From positions 357,616,001 to 357,680,000 of the forward strand of contig OZ024741.1 in assembly GCA_964016885.1 (NCBI GenBank): DNA of 64,000 bases, written 5' to 3'. Of this stretch, positions 13,145 through 24,286 are shown in pieces (position 1 is the stretch's first letter; every line of letters begins with the position of its first letter). Below the pieces are notes generated by a model. The model was given only the letters and a program-made list of their open reading frames with translations. It was not told the DNA's origin and did not search any database. A program made the position numbers and the translations under genes. The DNA is from Eledone cirrhosa (lineage: Eukaryota).

Positions 13145-14605
13145 CTGCAAAATAGAAAATTGGGTCAACTGCTCTGGCTTCAGGTCATGTTGAGAGTGAT
13201 AATTATTAGAAGGTAATTAATTTTGTACAACGCGAGCATGTACAATTCCACACAGGCACACACACACTTTTATATGTAAGATAGACCATGTAGGATGAAT
13301 CTCAGTTGATTTTAACGATGACTGTTCCTATTGTTCAATCAATTGGGCTCTTGCATGTGAAATTAATGTGACTAAGCTTTCCACTGACACATGTACCCTT
13401 AATGTAATCCTTAGGGGAATTCCGTATGATACAGTATGTGACAAGGCTGGCCCTTTGAATTATAGGTACAGTGTCCATCTACCCAATTTCACTGACATGG
13501 CATGATGGTAAATGTCACTTGTCTAAGATGCTATGCAGTGGAATCAAAACTGGGACCTAATGGTTGTGAAGTGGGCTCTTTATCCATTCAGTCATGCTTC
13601 ATCCATGTAGGATCTTGTACAACTCCTCACACATCTTGTTCATTCATTTCATTTTTGGCATAATTTCTACAGTTGGATGCCGTTCCAAATGCCAACCACT
13701 TTACAGAATATACTGGTTGCATTTTGTTGCGAGGCCAGTACTACCACATTGTTGAGTTACTTTGTGGAAGGCAGCTGTGCTGAAAAAGACCCATCCAACC
13801 CATGCATGCAGAGAGAAATAAATGTATAAGGTTGTTGCGAGTTATAGGACATAGTGAAGCAGAACCAGTTGTAAATGTAAATACATATACACAAATATGT
13901 AGACACACACCACATACACACACACTCTCTCTCTTTCTCTCTCTCTTCATGAACATAGCTGTTACAATTTGGTGAAGAAACTGAATATTACTTATTCTTT
14001 CAACAATATGCTATGTACTAGTTTTATTTAACATTTTGCTGTCATTCCTACTACTACCTGCTTTTTCTACTGAAACATAGAGTTCTAGTTTTGACCACTT
14101 GAATTGTCTTGTGGCATTTTATTGGCTTAGATTCTAGTCTTGACCACTTGAGTTGCTTCATGACATTTTATTGGTTTAGATTGTATTTTTGAGTGGTGTC
14201 ATATTTTTTGCTAACAACTTCTCTAATTTAGGGTTTTTTTATTTTTTTTTTTTTGTTGTTATTTGTTTAAATATTTTGAAGTATTTCTCCATTTTGAAAA
14301 TTCTAAGTGGCCACACCTTTGCTCTTCATTAAGTACAAGTGTTTCAAAATGATTCATGAATAACTAAGTGACATGATTTTCCATTATAACTGATCTAGCT
14401 TTATAAACTCGCATAAGCTACATAATTGTTTTCGAATATGTAAAAATAAATTTAAAAAATGCTTAGTGTTGAATTTTGATTACTCATTATATCTTAAATC
14501 TTTTGCTACATATCTCTAATGAAATACAATGCCTATGCTTTTTATAATAATTTTGAAAATAATAAATAATTTTAAAGGATTTAGCAATATAATGAACTTT
14601 AATAT

Positions 14606-14798
14606 TTAAGCCAGCCATATCCGGCCAGGATTCTCGCACCTCTTTCTGTTCAAACTGGCCACTCATACTGATGTTAAGGTATTGTTCTCAAAATAAATAT
14701 CAAAATAGATTTGATATGTGAGATAATTATGTGAGGTAAAGCCTTTACTGTGAAAATACAATAGTAAATATAGAGTAATGTAAATGCTAAAGGGTTAA
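14606..14798 (+). mobile_element. piggyBac-type MITE, left TIR lost
   Basis: Body matches 9508-9732; ends aatgctaaaggg|ttaa. Confidence 0.85.
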
Positions 14799-16625
14799 GC
14801 TGGTGTTTGGGATATAACATCCTGTACCATTTAGCAGCAAAACATTCTTGAAAAGTACAAAGTAGCACTATGATTACATTAGATTTAAAATTTAAGTCTT
14901 TACTTTCACAAGGATCTATCTATCATCATCGTTTCTATGTCTACTTTTCCATGCTTGTATGGATCCTTTGCATTATGACATCTCTCCATGCGTAAAGAAA
15001 CTTTAAACATGTGAATTAACAAACTTGTTTTTAAATATTTTCTACTAAACCACTACAGGGTGTTAAGAATTAAAGATTCTGACATAAAATTACAATGGAA
15101 GGTTTTTAGGTAAATATAAATGTGGCGACAAAAAACACCCAGTACACACTGTAAATGTGATTGGAGTTAGGAAAGGCATCCAGTTGTAGAAACCAAGCCA
15201 GAATCAGTTCTGTGTGAGTAAGACAGTCTCTTGACTCAGACGAGTTATCCTCGTTTGAAGCAAGCTAACCCATGTTAGCATAGAAAAATGGACATTAAAC
15301 ACTGATGATGATAAACACTTTAACACAACCAGTTTTATAAGATACAACTAGGGTTGGTTTCAGGTGGTTTGGTATCAAAGGGGTTAGCTTAGGTTGTCAT
15401 CCTGTTTAGAGAAATCAGGTATATTAGCAACCTGATTGTATACAACTTATCTGGAACATTGTGTATGTAAGTTGGCATATATCAGAGGTCTGTTAAACCA
15501 AAGCTAGCAGACTATATAACACCAACAACTTATTATACAACTAATTTAATTTTATAATAATTATCAATCTTATATTTTATATTGCATTTGCCATGCTTTT
15601 GTGAGTTGGAGAAATCTCAAAACTGGCTTCTTTCTTCTTTCAATCATATCTGACTTGTGTGTGTGTGCCAGTGTGGAAAAGAAAACATAAAAATTATGAC
15701 AACAAAGAATCCTATCAAATTTAATTCTCTTAGTTCAGTTTCGGCTAACTCATTCAAAAATGTCCATTTTGTATTGGTACTTTGCCATTTTTACTCTTCT
15801 CATTTTTCTTATGTTTCATAACTCTCATCTTTCTTTCATCATGTCTTACAAAGATGGTATTTTTAATTCCCTGAATCCAATCCATTCAGATTTCCTTCCT
15901 TCTCATATTTTACAAATTTAATCATGACACCTGATAAGTCATCAGTTTCCTCTCCTTTCTTGCTAACTTGGCTGGTTATCCACTTTGCTCTGTCTAACAC
16001 ATTGCTTATTTGACCAACAATACTATTTCATATTCATTTTATTACCTACCATTTTTGGCTTTGAACTTATCAATTTACCATTTTATATGTCCATTTGTCT
16101 GTTGGTGCCAATATACTACTCACCCAGCCTACTCTGTACAGTTGTAGTGCTGGCATCACAATAATAAACACCCAATCCCTGTAAGGTGGTAGTGCTTGTG
16201 GCACAATGAAATGCTTCTAGTACACACTGTAAATTGGTTGGCATTAGGAAGAGCATCCAGTTGTAGAAACCAAACATAGGAACATATGAACAAGATGTAC
16301 TCATTAGCCTCAGAACATGACGATCTGTCTGACCCATGCAATCATGGAAAATAGACATATCATGGTGGTGATAATTTTCTGTGTTTGCTCATGTTGGATG
16401 AAGCCCAAAACTTATCTTGGTTTCATGAATGTTATGCTACTGAGAGTCTGTCGCAAAACTAATCCTCAGTTACTGCTGGTACAAATTTTCAACCAAGTGA
16501 AATGGAGCAACATAAAATTAAGTGCCTTGCTCAAGGACACAATGCATTATCACTCGATCTGGGCATCAAACTAACTTATAAACATATGATTGTGAGTCTA
16601 TTACCCTAATCATTATGCCAATACC

Positions 16626-16831
16626 TTAACCCTTTAGCATTTACATTACTCTATATATACTCTTGTATTTTCATGGTAAAGGCTTTACTTCACATAATAT
16701 CAAATCTATGAGATTTTGATATTAGTTATTTTGGGAACAATACCTTAAAGTCAGTATGAGGAGTCAGTTTCAAAGGAAAGAAGTGAGGGAATTCTGGCCG
16801 GATACGGCTGGTTTAAATGCTAAAGGGTTAA
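16626..16831 (-). mobile_element. piggyBac-type MITE, reverse orientation
   Basis: ttaa|ccctttagcattt ... aaatgctaaaggg|ttaa. Confidence 0.9.
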
Positions 16832-17249
16832 CTTGACCTTAAATTAGAATAAAAAATCTCTCGATGGCCCAACAAAAGAGTCTTTATGTTATTGCTCACG
16901 TTGATAGAAATAACCACCAGATTTTCCCTCAAATCACACTCTAACATCTTTAAAAAATGACATATTGGATGATGTGGAGCTAGATGATCTATATCTGAAA
17001 ATAAGATGGGATGGTTATGTCTGGAATGATTTTGATCATAGGGCTGTTCAATCAGAGCTAAGTTGATGCAGAGAAATTGCAATGTGATGTTTTATTATGC
17101 TACCTGCTGTTCCAGTAGAACAAAGCATTACCAAATCATTCATTTTTGGATTAACCCTGGAATGGTGATGGTGGCATTGAAAATAATAAATGGTTCTTCT
17201 TTTGGTTTCAACGGTCAGCATTCAGATGTTCAATCACTCGAATATCCGA

Positions 17250-17760
17250 CTCGTCAAATTAACATATAAGTGGCTGAATATTCCACAAACATATGTTCAC
17301 TTAAAAATTCCTCAAAATCTTTGATTGTAATCAAGGATGTTTAGGAATTTGAGGAATTTAAAAAAATAATTATTTGAAAATTAAAGGCAGTGTCTTTCAT
17401 TAATGTAATAGTGAAAGGGTTAAATTATTGTGTAAATGGTTGAGTATTCCACAAACATATGTTCACTTAACATAATTCTTAGGTAGAGAACAGTATAGTG
17501 CAATGTGAAAAGGCAGAACCTTTAAATTGCACTCATTAAATTAGTATTATATGGCTGAGTATTCCACAGGCATCTGTACAAAACCTAATCCACAGACAGA
17601 ACACAGCATGACACAATGTGAGAAAGCGGGGCCTTTGAATTACACTCATTAAATGTAAATAGTTGAATATTCCACAGGTATGTGTGCCTGTAACATAATT
17701 CTTAACCAGGAACAGCATGATACAACTTAACAAGGCTTGACATTTGAAGTACAATTTATT
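17250..17760 (+). repeat. Degenerate tandem copies (~115 bp) of a SINE-derived segment
   Basis: (gg)ctgagtattccaca..-like starts at ~17272, 17438, 17553, 17661; related single copies at ~11370, 13360, 41340. Confidence 0.6.
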
Positions 17761-17772
17761 CATTGGGCTTCC

Positions 17773-17827
17773 ACTCACTGCTGTAAACAGTAGAACACAC
17801 TATTTTCTACTGCTTACAGCAGTGAGT
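17773..17827 (-). other. 55-nt hairpin, 23-bp stem and 9-nt loop (pre-miRNA-sized)
   Basis: actcactgctgtaaacagtagaa / ttctactgcttacagcagtgagt; the single mismatch becomes a G-U pair on the minus strand. Confidence 0.6.
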
Positions 17828-17979
17828 CGTCTTACATACTGTGCAGTGCCATTGAGAGTTAAGTGGCCATGAACATAGTACAGGATTGACTCCTCAGCTG
17901 ATCATTTTGTCCCTTGCTCTTCCTCTTCTTGAACACATGACTCAACCAACTCCTCCCCAGCACTTCTGGAATAACTCGG

Positions 17980-18227
17980 TTAACCCTTTTAACACCAAGC
18001 TGCCTGAAACCACTCCTGGTTTTATGATAAAAAGCTGTCTATTTTAAAACATATTTATCTAAAAATCTTCCAACATAATTTTATGAACAAACTTTTATGT
18101 TCTAAGCACCAGCTTAATAATGAAAAGGTTATATTACTAAATCTCTTCAAATTCTTGGTTATTTTCAAAATAATTTGAAAATCATAGGCTATGTTTTTCA
18201 TTACAAATATGGAAGTGAATTGGTTAA
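17980..18227 (+). mobile_element. Older TTAA-bounded (piggyBac-like) non-autonomous element, ~250 bp
   Basis: ttaa|ccctttt ... tgg|ttaa; diverged relatives at ~1560-1787, 19540-20045, 21073-21733, 48120-48335, 50430-50600, 51481-51977, 62434-62800. Confidence 0.6.
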
Positions 18228-18288
18228 TTAAAGCTTTGCTAATGAAGAAATATCACCTATTATAAATGACATTTTATAAATTCATTAT

Positions 18289-18325
18289 CTGAAGAAGGTT
18301 GGAGTGGAATGGCCAAAATGTGACT
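18289..18325 (+). ncRNA. Decayed minimal hammerhead-like motif
   Basis: CTGAAGA-AGGTT..GGCC-AAAATGT; restoring two CpG transitions gives CC-GAAAC-GT. Non-functional as written. Confidence 0.35.
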
Positions 18326-18574
18326 TTAACAACCAAGTTAAAGACACTACTCTGATTCAGTCAGTGTATAATAATCACAGATGTACTGGTGACAGGTTGG
18401 TTGTATGGTTTAAGAAATTCACTTTTCAATTGTGATTTTGAGATTGATCCCATTGCACAGTACCATAAACATGTTTATTTGTTTTTTAACCTAATACATC
18501 TGGAGAAAGGGGCGGTACTTGGGGCCTTCATAAGCCTTCTGAAACTGGAGCAATGGATGTCATTGATGCCCTGT

Positions 18575-18781
18575 TTAACCCTTTAGCATTTAAACCGGCC
18601 ATATTTGGCCAGAATTCTCTCACCCCTTTCTGTTGTAACTGGCCACTCATACTAATGTTAAGGTATTGTTCTCAAAATAAATAACATAAAAATCTCAGAT
18701 TTAATATGATGTGAGATAATTATGTAAGATAAAGCCTTTCCCACAAAAATACAATAGTATATATATAGAGTAATATAAATG
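18575..18781 (+). mobile_element. piggyBac-type MITE, right TIR truncated
   Basis: ttaa|ccctttagcatttaaaccggcc start; body matches 9508-9732. Confidence 0.85.
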
Positions 18782-18784
18782 ATG

Positions 18785-19230
18785 AGAGAGCTCCAAGTGA
18801 CTGGCTTTCTAGGCAAAATGGATAGTGTAGGATGCAGAGGATTTAACACAACATTGATAAGAGTAGAGACGAGTGAGTTGGTAGTGATGAGTGGAGATGA
18901 CATGAGTCCAGTAAGCTCTGATGAGCAGAGACTATTGTAGTAATGGTGGAGGAGACAGCACGTCTGTGGGCTTGTCAGAATGACTACAATTGCCTTGGAT
19001 GTGACCCTGTCCCCAATATTGTGAAAGAAACTGGCTTGATGGAATTGTCTGTTTTGAAATGTGTGGTAGACCACACTATCACAACCACCTTGCCCTTCAG
19101 CAGAGTCCACTCTGTTGCTAGTATTCAACCAGGTGTCCAGTTTGAACATAATTGAACATTTGTGGTTTCTGTTTCCTTTTCCTGTACCACAACATTCTCT
19201 AGGATGCTTGAAAAGATTTAACAAACGTCA
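18785..19230 (-). mobile_element. Ancient CR1/L2-group LINE 3' fragment
   Basis: Minus translation LLHHYYNSLCSSELTGLM resembles the FYRYYxGxCSxEL motif near the C-terminus of CR1-group ORF2; similar remnant at 41095-41310. Confidence 0.45.
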
Positions 19231-19761
19231 TGGGTTCTGCCTCTGACTAATCTATATATAAAAAGAAATAAACAAAGAATTATGAATGGCTGCATATTTT
19301 TAGCATTAACCCCATAGAGAAATAGTATATGAAATTAATACTTCCAGAATATACTTTTTCTTATTCTGTATCTGACCTACTAACTATAATGAAGTATTGT
19401 TCTACTTGTGGTCTGCATAGGAGGTGTTACAAAGAACTATGTATTTTCTTTCCTGGTGAGAATATATTGTTCATTATTAAATCTAACTTAACAATTTTGT
19501 TACTATACTTTTGATGAAAGATACTGCCTATAATTTTCAATTAAATTTTAGAGTAAAACTTTTTCAGGGATTTAGAAATATAACTGTTGGAGAGGGCCCC
19601 TGAGTCCAGTAAGACAACCTCTCTAGTGCTGGTGGCACGAATAAACGCACCCAGTCCATGCTGTAAAGTGGTGCTGGTGTTAGGAAGGACATCCAACAAG
19701 TATATATTAATGACAAAAATTATGAGCACAACTGTCTTGTTAAGTTGGTGTTTGGAAAATA

Positions 19762-19924
19762 CCGTATTTCCCGGCGTTGAAGATGCTACTTTTTTGTTAA
19801 AATAAGTCTCAAAAATCTACCATGCGTCCTGGAGGCCAAAGGTTGTTTACTTATTCTCAAATTTTGGTTGTCAAAATTAGGGTGCGTCCTCGAGGAGAAG
19901 TGTCTTCGGCGCCAGGAGATATGG
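19762..19924. mobile_element. Tc2/pogo-type MITE
   Basis: TA|CCGTATTTCCCGGCG ... CGCCAGGAGATATGG|TA imperfect TIRs, TA duplication; interrupts an older TTAA-type element. Confidence 0.8.
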
Positions 19925-20629
19925 TAACTTAAAAAAAGTTCTTACAAAAGATTATAATAAAAGGTTTACATTTAAACATGAACATGTTAAAACAAATGAT
20001 TTTCAACATAGAGCATCAAGCAGTTTCAGGTGGGTTGGTATCAAATTTAATTTAATAATTGAGCCAATAAGATAGCTTCACAATCTGCTAAAAATAAGAG
20101 TTGAATTTCCTTCACATCCTTCCCTGGCAGATTAAAAAAAGGGACAGTTTAGATACTGTAGTTTGGGATATGCTATAGCTAGAAAAAATAAAGATGAGAT
20201 GGTGATATTTGAAATGTTTTTGATTATAGGTTGGCTTGATCAGGACCAACTTGAAGCTAAACAACTTAATGGAATTGGAATAAACAGTTGCAGCCTATGA
20301 AATACTGCAGATTAATACACAAACTCAACATACTACAAAGTAGGCTGGTAGAAGAAAAAGAAGGGTTACTTTTGAACCAGAACTGTGATTCAAATGCTTA
20401 CTAGAAGTGTAGACACCTAAAAGCAGCTGAAGATCAGGTGATGTTGTTAAACTAGGTAATGGATTAAGTAATAGTAGTAATTTTACCAACAATATAAAAA
20501 AACAAAAAAAAAACAGAAATATCTGCAAGATTAAAAGATTTGCATTTTTAGAACTTTTCTTCCATTTGTTGGATAGGATAATGTTTTGCTTGAATTGCAA
20601 ATGTGTTTGCAACTTCATGTCTTTCATTA

Positions 20630-20935
20630 AAGTAACTACTCAGCTGTGCCATAGTAGTAGTAGTAGACTATTAACTCAGCTATGCCTTGGCAGTGGTAGG
20701 CTAACTACTGAGTCATGTCTTAGTAGTGGTAGGCTAACTTCTGAGTCATGTCATATTAGTGGTAGTAGGGAAACTCAGACATGTCATAACAGCGGTAGGC
20801 TAACTACTGAGTTGTGTCATAGTAGTGGTGGTAGGCTAACTACTGAGTCGTATCATAGCTGTGGTGGGCTAATTACTCAATTGTTGTAGAAGTGGTTGTA
20901 GGCCAACTACTCAATTGTCATAATAGTGGTGGTAT
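20630..20935 (+). repeat. ~33-bp minisatellite, about 9 diverged units
   Basis: Unit approximately agtggtaggctaactactgagtcatgtcatagt. Confidence 0.85.
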
Positions 20936-21145
20936 CTCTCTTCCTTTAAAATGACTGAGAAAAATAATCTGCATGGTCAAAGAGTACAGTGCAAAGTTGA
21001 ACATGTTGATCTTTGTTGAAAACTTTTCATTTTCTAAAATGTCACAAATTTTAAGATAGGCTAATTGGGTTCTTTAGCCCTTTTAATACAAACCTGCCTA
21101 TGACTCCACCAAGTAACTATGATACGAAATCGTATGTCTTAACAC

Positions 21146-21357
21146 ATAACCCTTTAGCATTTAAACCAGCCATATCCGGCCAGAATTTTCTCACCCCTTT
21201 CTATTCAAACCTGCTGTAACCGGCCATCATACTAATGTTAAGGTATTGTTCTCAAAAATAATATTAAAATCTCATAGATTCAATATTATACAAGATAAAG
21301 CCTTAACCACAAAAATACAATAGTATATATAGAGTAATGTAAATGCTAAAGGGTTAA
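21146..21357 (+). mobile_element. piggyBac-type MITE
   Basis: ataa|ccctttagcattt ... aaatgctaaaggg|ttaa. Confidence 0.88.
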
Positions 21358-21399
21358 CATACTGTAATCATTAACCAGCAAATACATAAAAACAGGCTT

Positions 21400-21575
21400 G
21401 TTAATTCAAATATTTGTAGTATCTTTACTAGTGAACAGGTCATTGTGAAAATTTGCAGTAAATTAAAGTAAAGGCTTGAATTTTTAATGTAATGCAGTCA
21501 TAGTGTGGTTTTGTACTTTTCAATAATATCTTGCTAATGTGGTTTCATGAAGTATAGGACGTTAAGAACTAATGC
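21400..21575 (+). repeat. Unclassified dispersed repeat (~175 bp)
   Basis: Colinear with 7141-7290; 3' part also at 4081-4125 (tcttgctaatgtggtttcatg). Confidence 0.7.
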
Positions 21576-22689
21576 ATTCGTATTTAAATTTAAATCTATC
21601 ATAGTTTATTTTTTATGGTTATGTTTTAAACAGCAACATTAATTTACAAAACTCTTCAAAATACTTTTTCAGAAATTCATTGTAAGACATGAGCAGTATA
21701 TTTTATAAGAAATATATGGTAATGAATGGTTTAATTAATTAGGCCTTAAGAGTAATCAGTTTTACTACTACTACTACGTGTTCTTTTTATTCTCCTTCTC
21801 CTCTTCATGGAGGCAGTCCTCAAGCATGCCCCGTCAAAGGTAACCAACTCCAATTGATCCAGTTGGTTTTACCCATAAAATCTGTCCATTGATTCTTTCC
21901 TGAGACATTCTAACTACATGTCCATAATATTGGAGTTGTAATCAGTTTTACTGTTCCTTGATATTTAAGGTAGCTTTGATATTTTACTCTACTCCATCCT
22001 CTGCAACTCCCTGGCTTTCATTTCTTCTTCCATCATCTTTAGCTATGGCTTTCTTCTTTTGTCCCCTTTAATTTTCATCACTCCTCTCATCTAGTTACTT
22101 TCATCCTTCTTCAACACATGAACCAGTCATCTCATTTTATTTCTCTTCACAACATCCATCATTAGCTCTTATTCCTTTCACCCATTCACTTTCATTCTTC
22201 CTCAACACATGAGCCAGCTCATTCCATTGCTCTTTACAATATCCATCATCACTGGCAGCTCTATTCCCACCATTCTCTACAATTCATTGTCTGCCTTCCA
22301 GTTCTCACAGAATTTGCTAGACAAAATATAAAATAGTCATTTAAATGAAGTGTTGTAGGTGTTTCAGCTCCAGTCTTTATCAATTGTTTGATTATTTTAT
22401 AGAGTTTCTGTTTCAGTATTGCAAGATTCAATGCCATGCTACAACCATTGTCACATTTGTTTTTCCTCTTCTTCTTGTTCATTCTTTGAATCACAATAAC
22501 ACAGCTATGTTTTATCCTGTTGTATTACACACCGTTTTCATTACGTATTGATTTATACTAGTTAATATTGATTCTACTTATTAGTACAATAAAATCTAAT
22601 ATTTTTATATGAAACGGGGAAGATTTCATGTTTGTAGCTGAACAAGATTAAATTTGCCAGTGTATCTAAAAACAAAATTATATATATAA

Positions 22690-23420
22690 TCTTGGGTACA
22701 CAAATGTAGTGGGATACAGGTAAACTAACAGGAAAGGACGATGTTGTATGTAGATGTACAGGAGTAATTAAGGGAAGAGTGTCTGTGATATAAACCTCTT
22801 CAAGTCACAGGAAGGGTCCATAGCGGTGGTTAATAGCTTTTGTAATCTAGGTGACTTAATTAGCAATGGAGGAGGGTGCTTTGATAGCTAGAATAAGGAG
22901 AGCTACTCCCACTGTTGACAAAAGGTTTCTTCCAACATACAAAAAGGACGACTGTATAATACCTGTCTGAATTGCAATGCTGCATGGTAGTGAAACATGG
23001 GCAGTGACAGCGGAAGGCATGTGCAAACTGGAGAGAAATCAAGCAGCCATGCTCTATTGGATGAGCAATGTAAATGTGAGAGAAAGGTAGAGCTTGGATG
23101 AACAATGTAAATGTGAGAGAAAGGTAGAGCTTGGATGAACTGAGGGAGAAACTGGATTTAAGAGGGATCCGAGGTGGTGTGCATGAGAGATGACTATATT
23201 GGTAAAGACATGTGATGTACATGGATGATGGGCGAAGTGCCAGGAAATGCCAGTGGAAGGAAGCCAGAGTAGAGGGAGACCAAGAAAGACCTGGGCAGAG
23301 GTGGTGAGAGCTGACCTCAAATCACTGAGACTCACAGAGGAGATGACAAAGAAACGCAGCGAGTGGAGAGATTGTGTAAAAGTGTGGAAGAACAGATATA
23401 AAAACAATGACAATGATGAT
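22690..23420 (+). mobile_element. Decayed PHD-type RTE LINE, 3' portion
   Basis: WVHK-CSGI remnant, [43 protein letters not shown]; GAT tail then (TA)n; 36-bp internal duplication ~23065-23140. Confidence 0.85.
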
Positions 23421-23441
23421 TATATATATATATATATATAT

Positions 23442-23479
<38 letters not shown>

Positions 23480-23481
<2 letters not shown>

Positions 23482-23773
23482 CCAGAGCTGTGGTGGTCCT
23501 ATTCAACAGCTTTGTTTCATTATTGTGTGTGAAGATGACCATGGGATTTGCACCTAGAATGTTCCCCTCTGAGGCACAAGTTCAGGCAAGGTTGTTAGTG
23601 GAAGACCAACCGTTGCCCAAGCATACCAGCCTCCCTTCTCCATGCTACATATTTTGTCCAAGGGAAAGGCAATGACCGATACATCTTGGTACCAGTGACG
23701 TCACAACTCATTTCTACAGTAAAGACAATGCAAAGCCCAGTCCGAGAATCGAACTCACAACTAAGCCATGGGC

Positions 23774-23776
<3 letters not shown>
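23480..23776 (-). mobile_element. tRNA-derived SINE (second family)
   Basis: Minus strand: catggcttagt (A box), gagttcgattc (B box); flanked by (TA)n. Confidence 0.65.
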
Positions 23777-23812
<36 letters not shown>

Positions 23813-23818
23813 AGTGTA

Positions 23819-23850
<32 letters not shown>

Positions 23851-23974
23851 TGTGTATGAATATATGTATATATATATGTGTGTGTGTGTATGAATATATG
23901 TATATATATATATACATATATTCATACACACACATATATATACATATATATATATGTGTGTGTATGAATATATG

Positions 23975-24005
<31 letters not shown>

Positions 24006-24010
24006 ATGAA

Positions 24011-24053
<43 letters not shown>

Positions 24054-24146
24054 ATGAATATATGTATATATATATATATATATGTGTGTGTGTATGAATA
24101 TATGTATGTATATATATATATATATGTGTGTGTGTATGAATATATG

Positions 24147-24179
<33 letters not shown>

Positions 24180-24190
24180 ATGAATATATG

Positions 24191-24221
<31 letters not shown>

Positions 24222-24286
24222 ATGAATATATGTATGTATATATATATGTGCATGTATATGTGTGTGTGTGTGTAAGTGTATATATA
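23777..24286. repeat. Compound (TA)n/(TG)n/TGAA higher-order microsatellite
   Basis: Repeating (tg)n-tatgaatatatg-(ta)n unit of roughly 40-50 bp. Confidence 0.95.

Noticed and set aside
22261-22551. Overlapping short ORFs in unique sequence (also 20300-20405 and 17836-17965)
   Set aside because: No strong splice sites, internal stops and no recognisable motifs.
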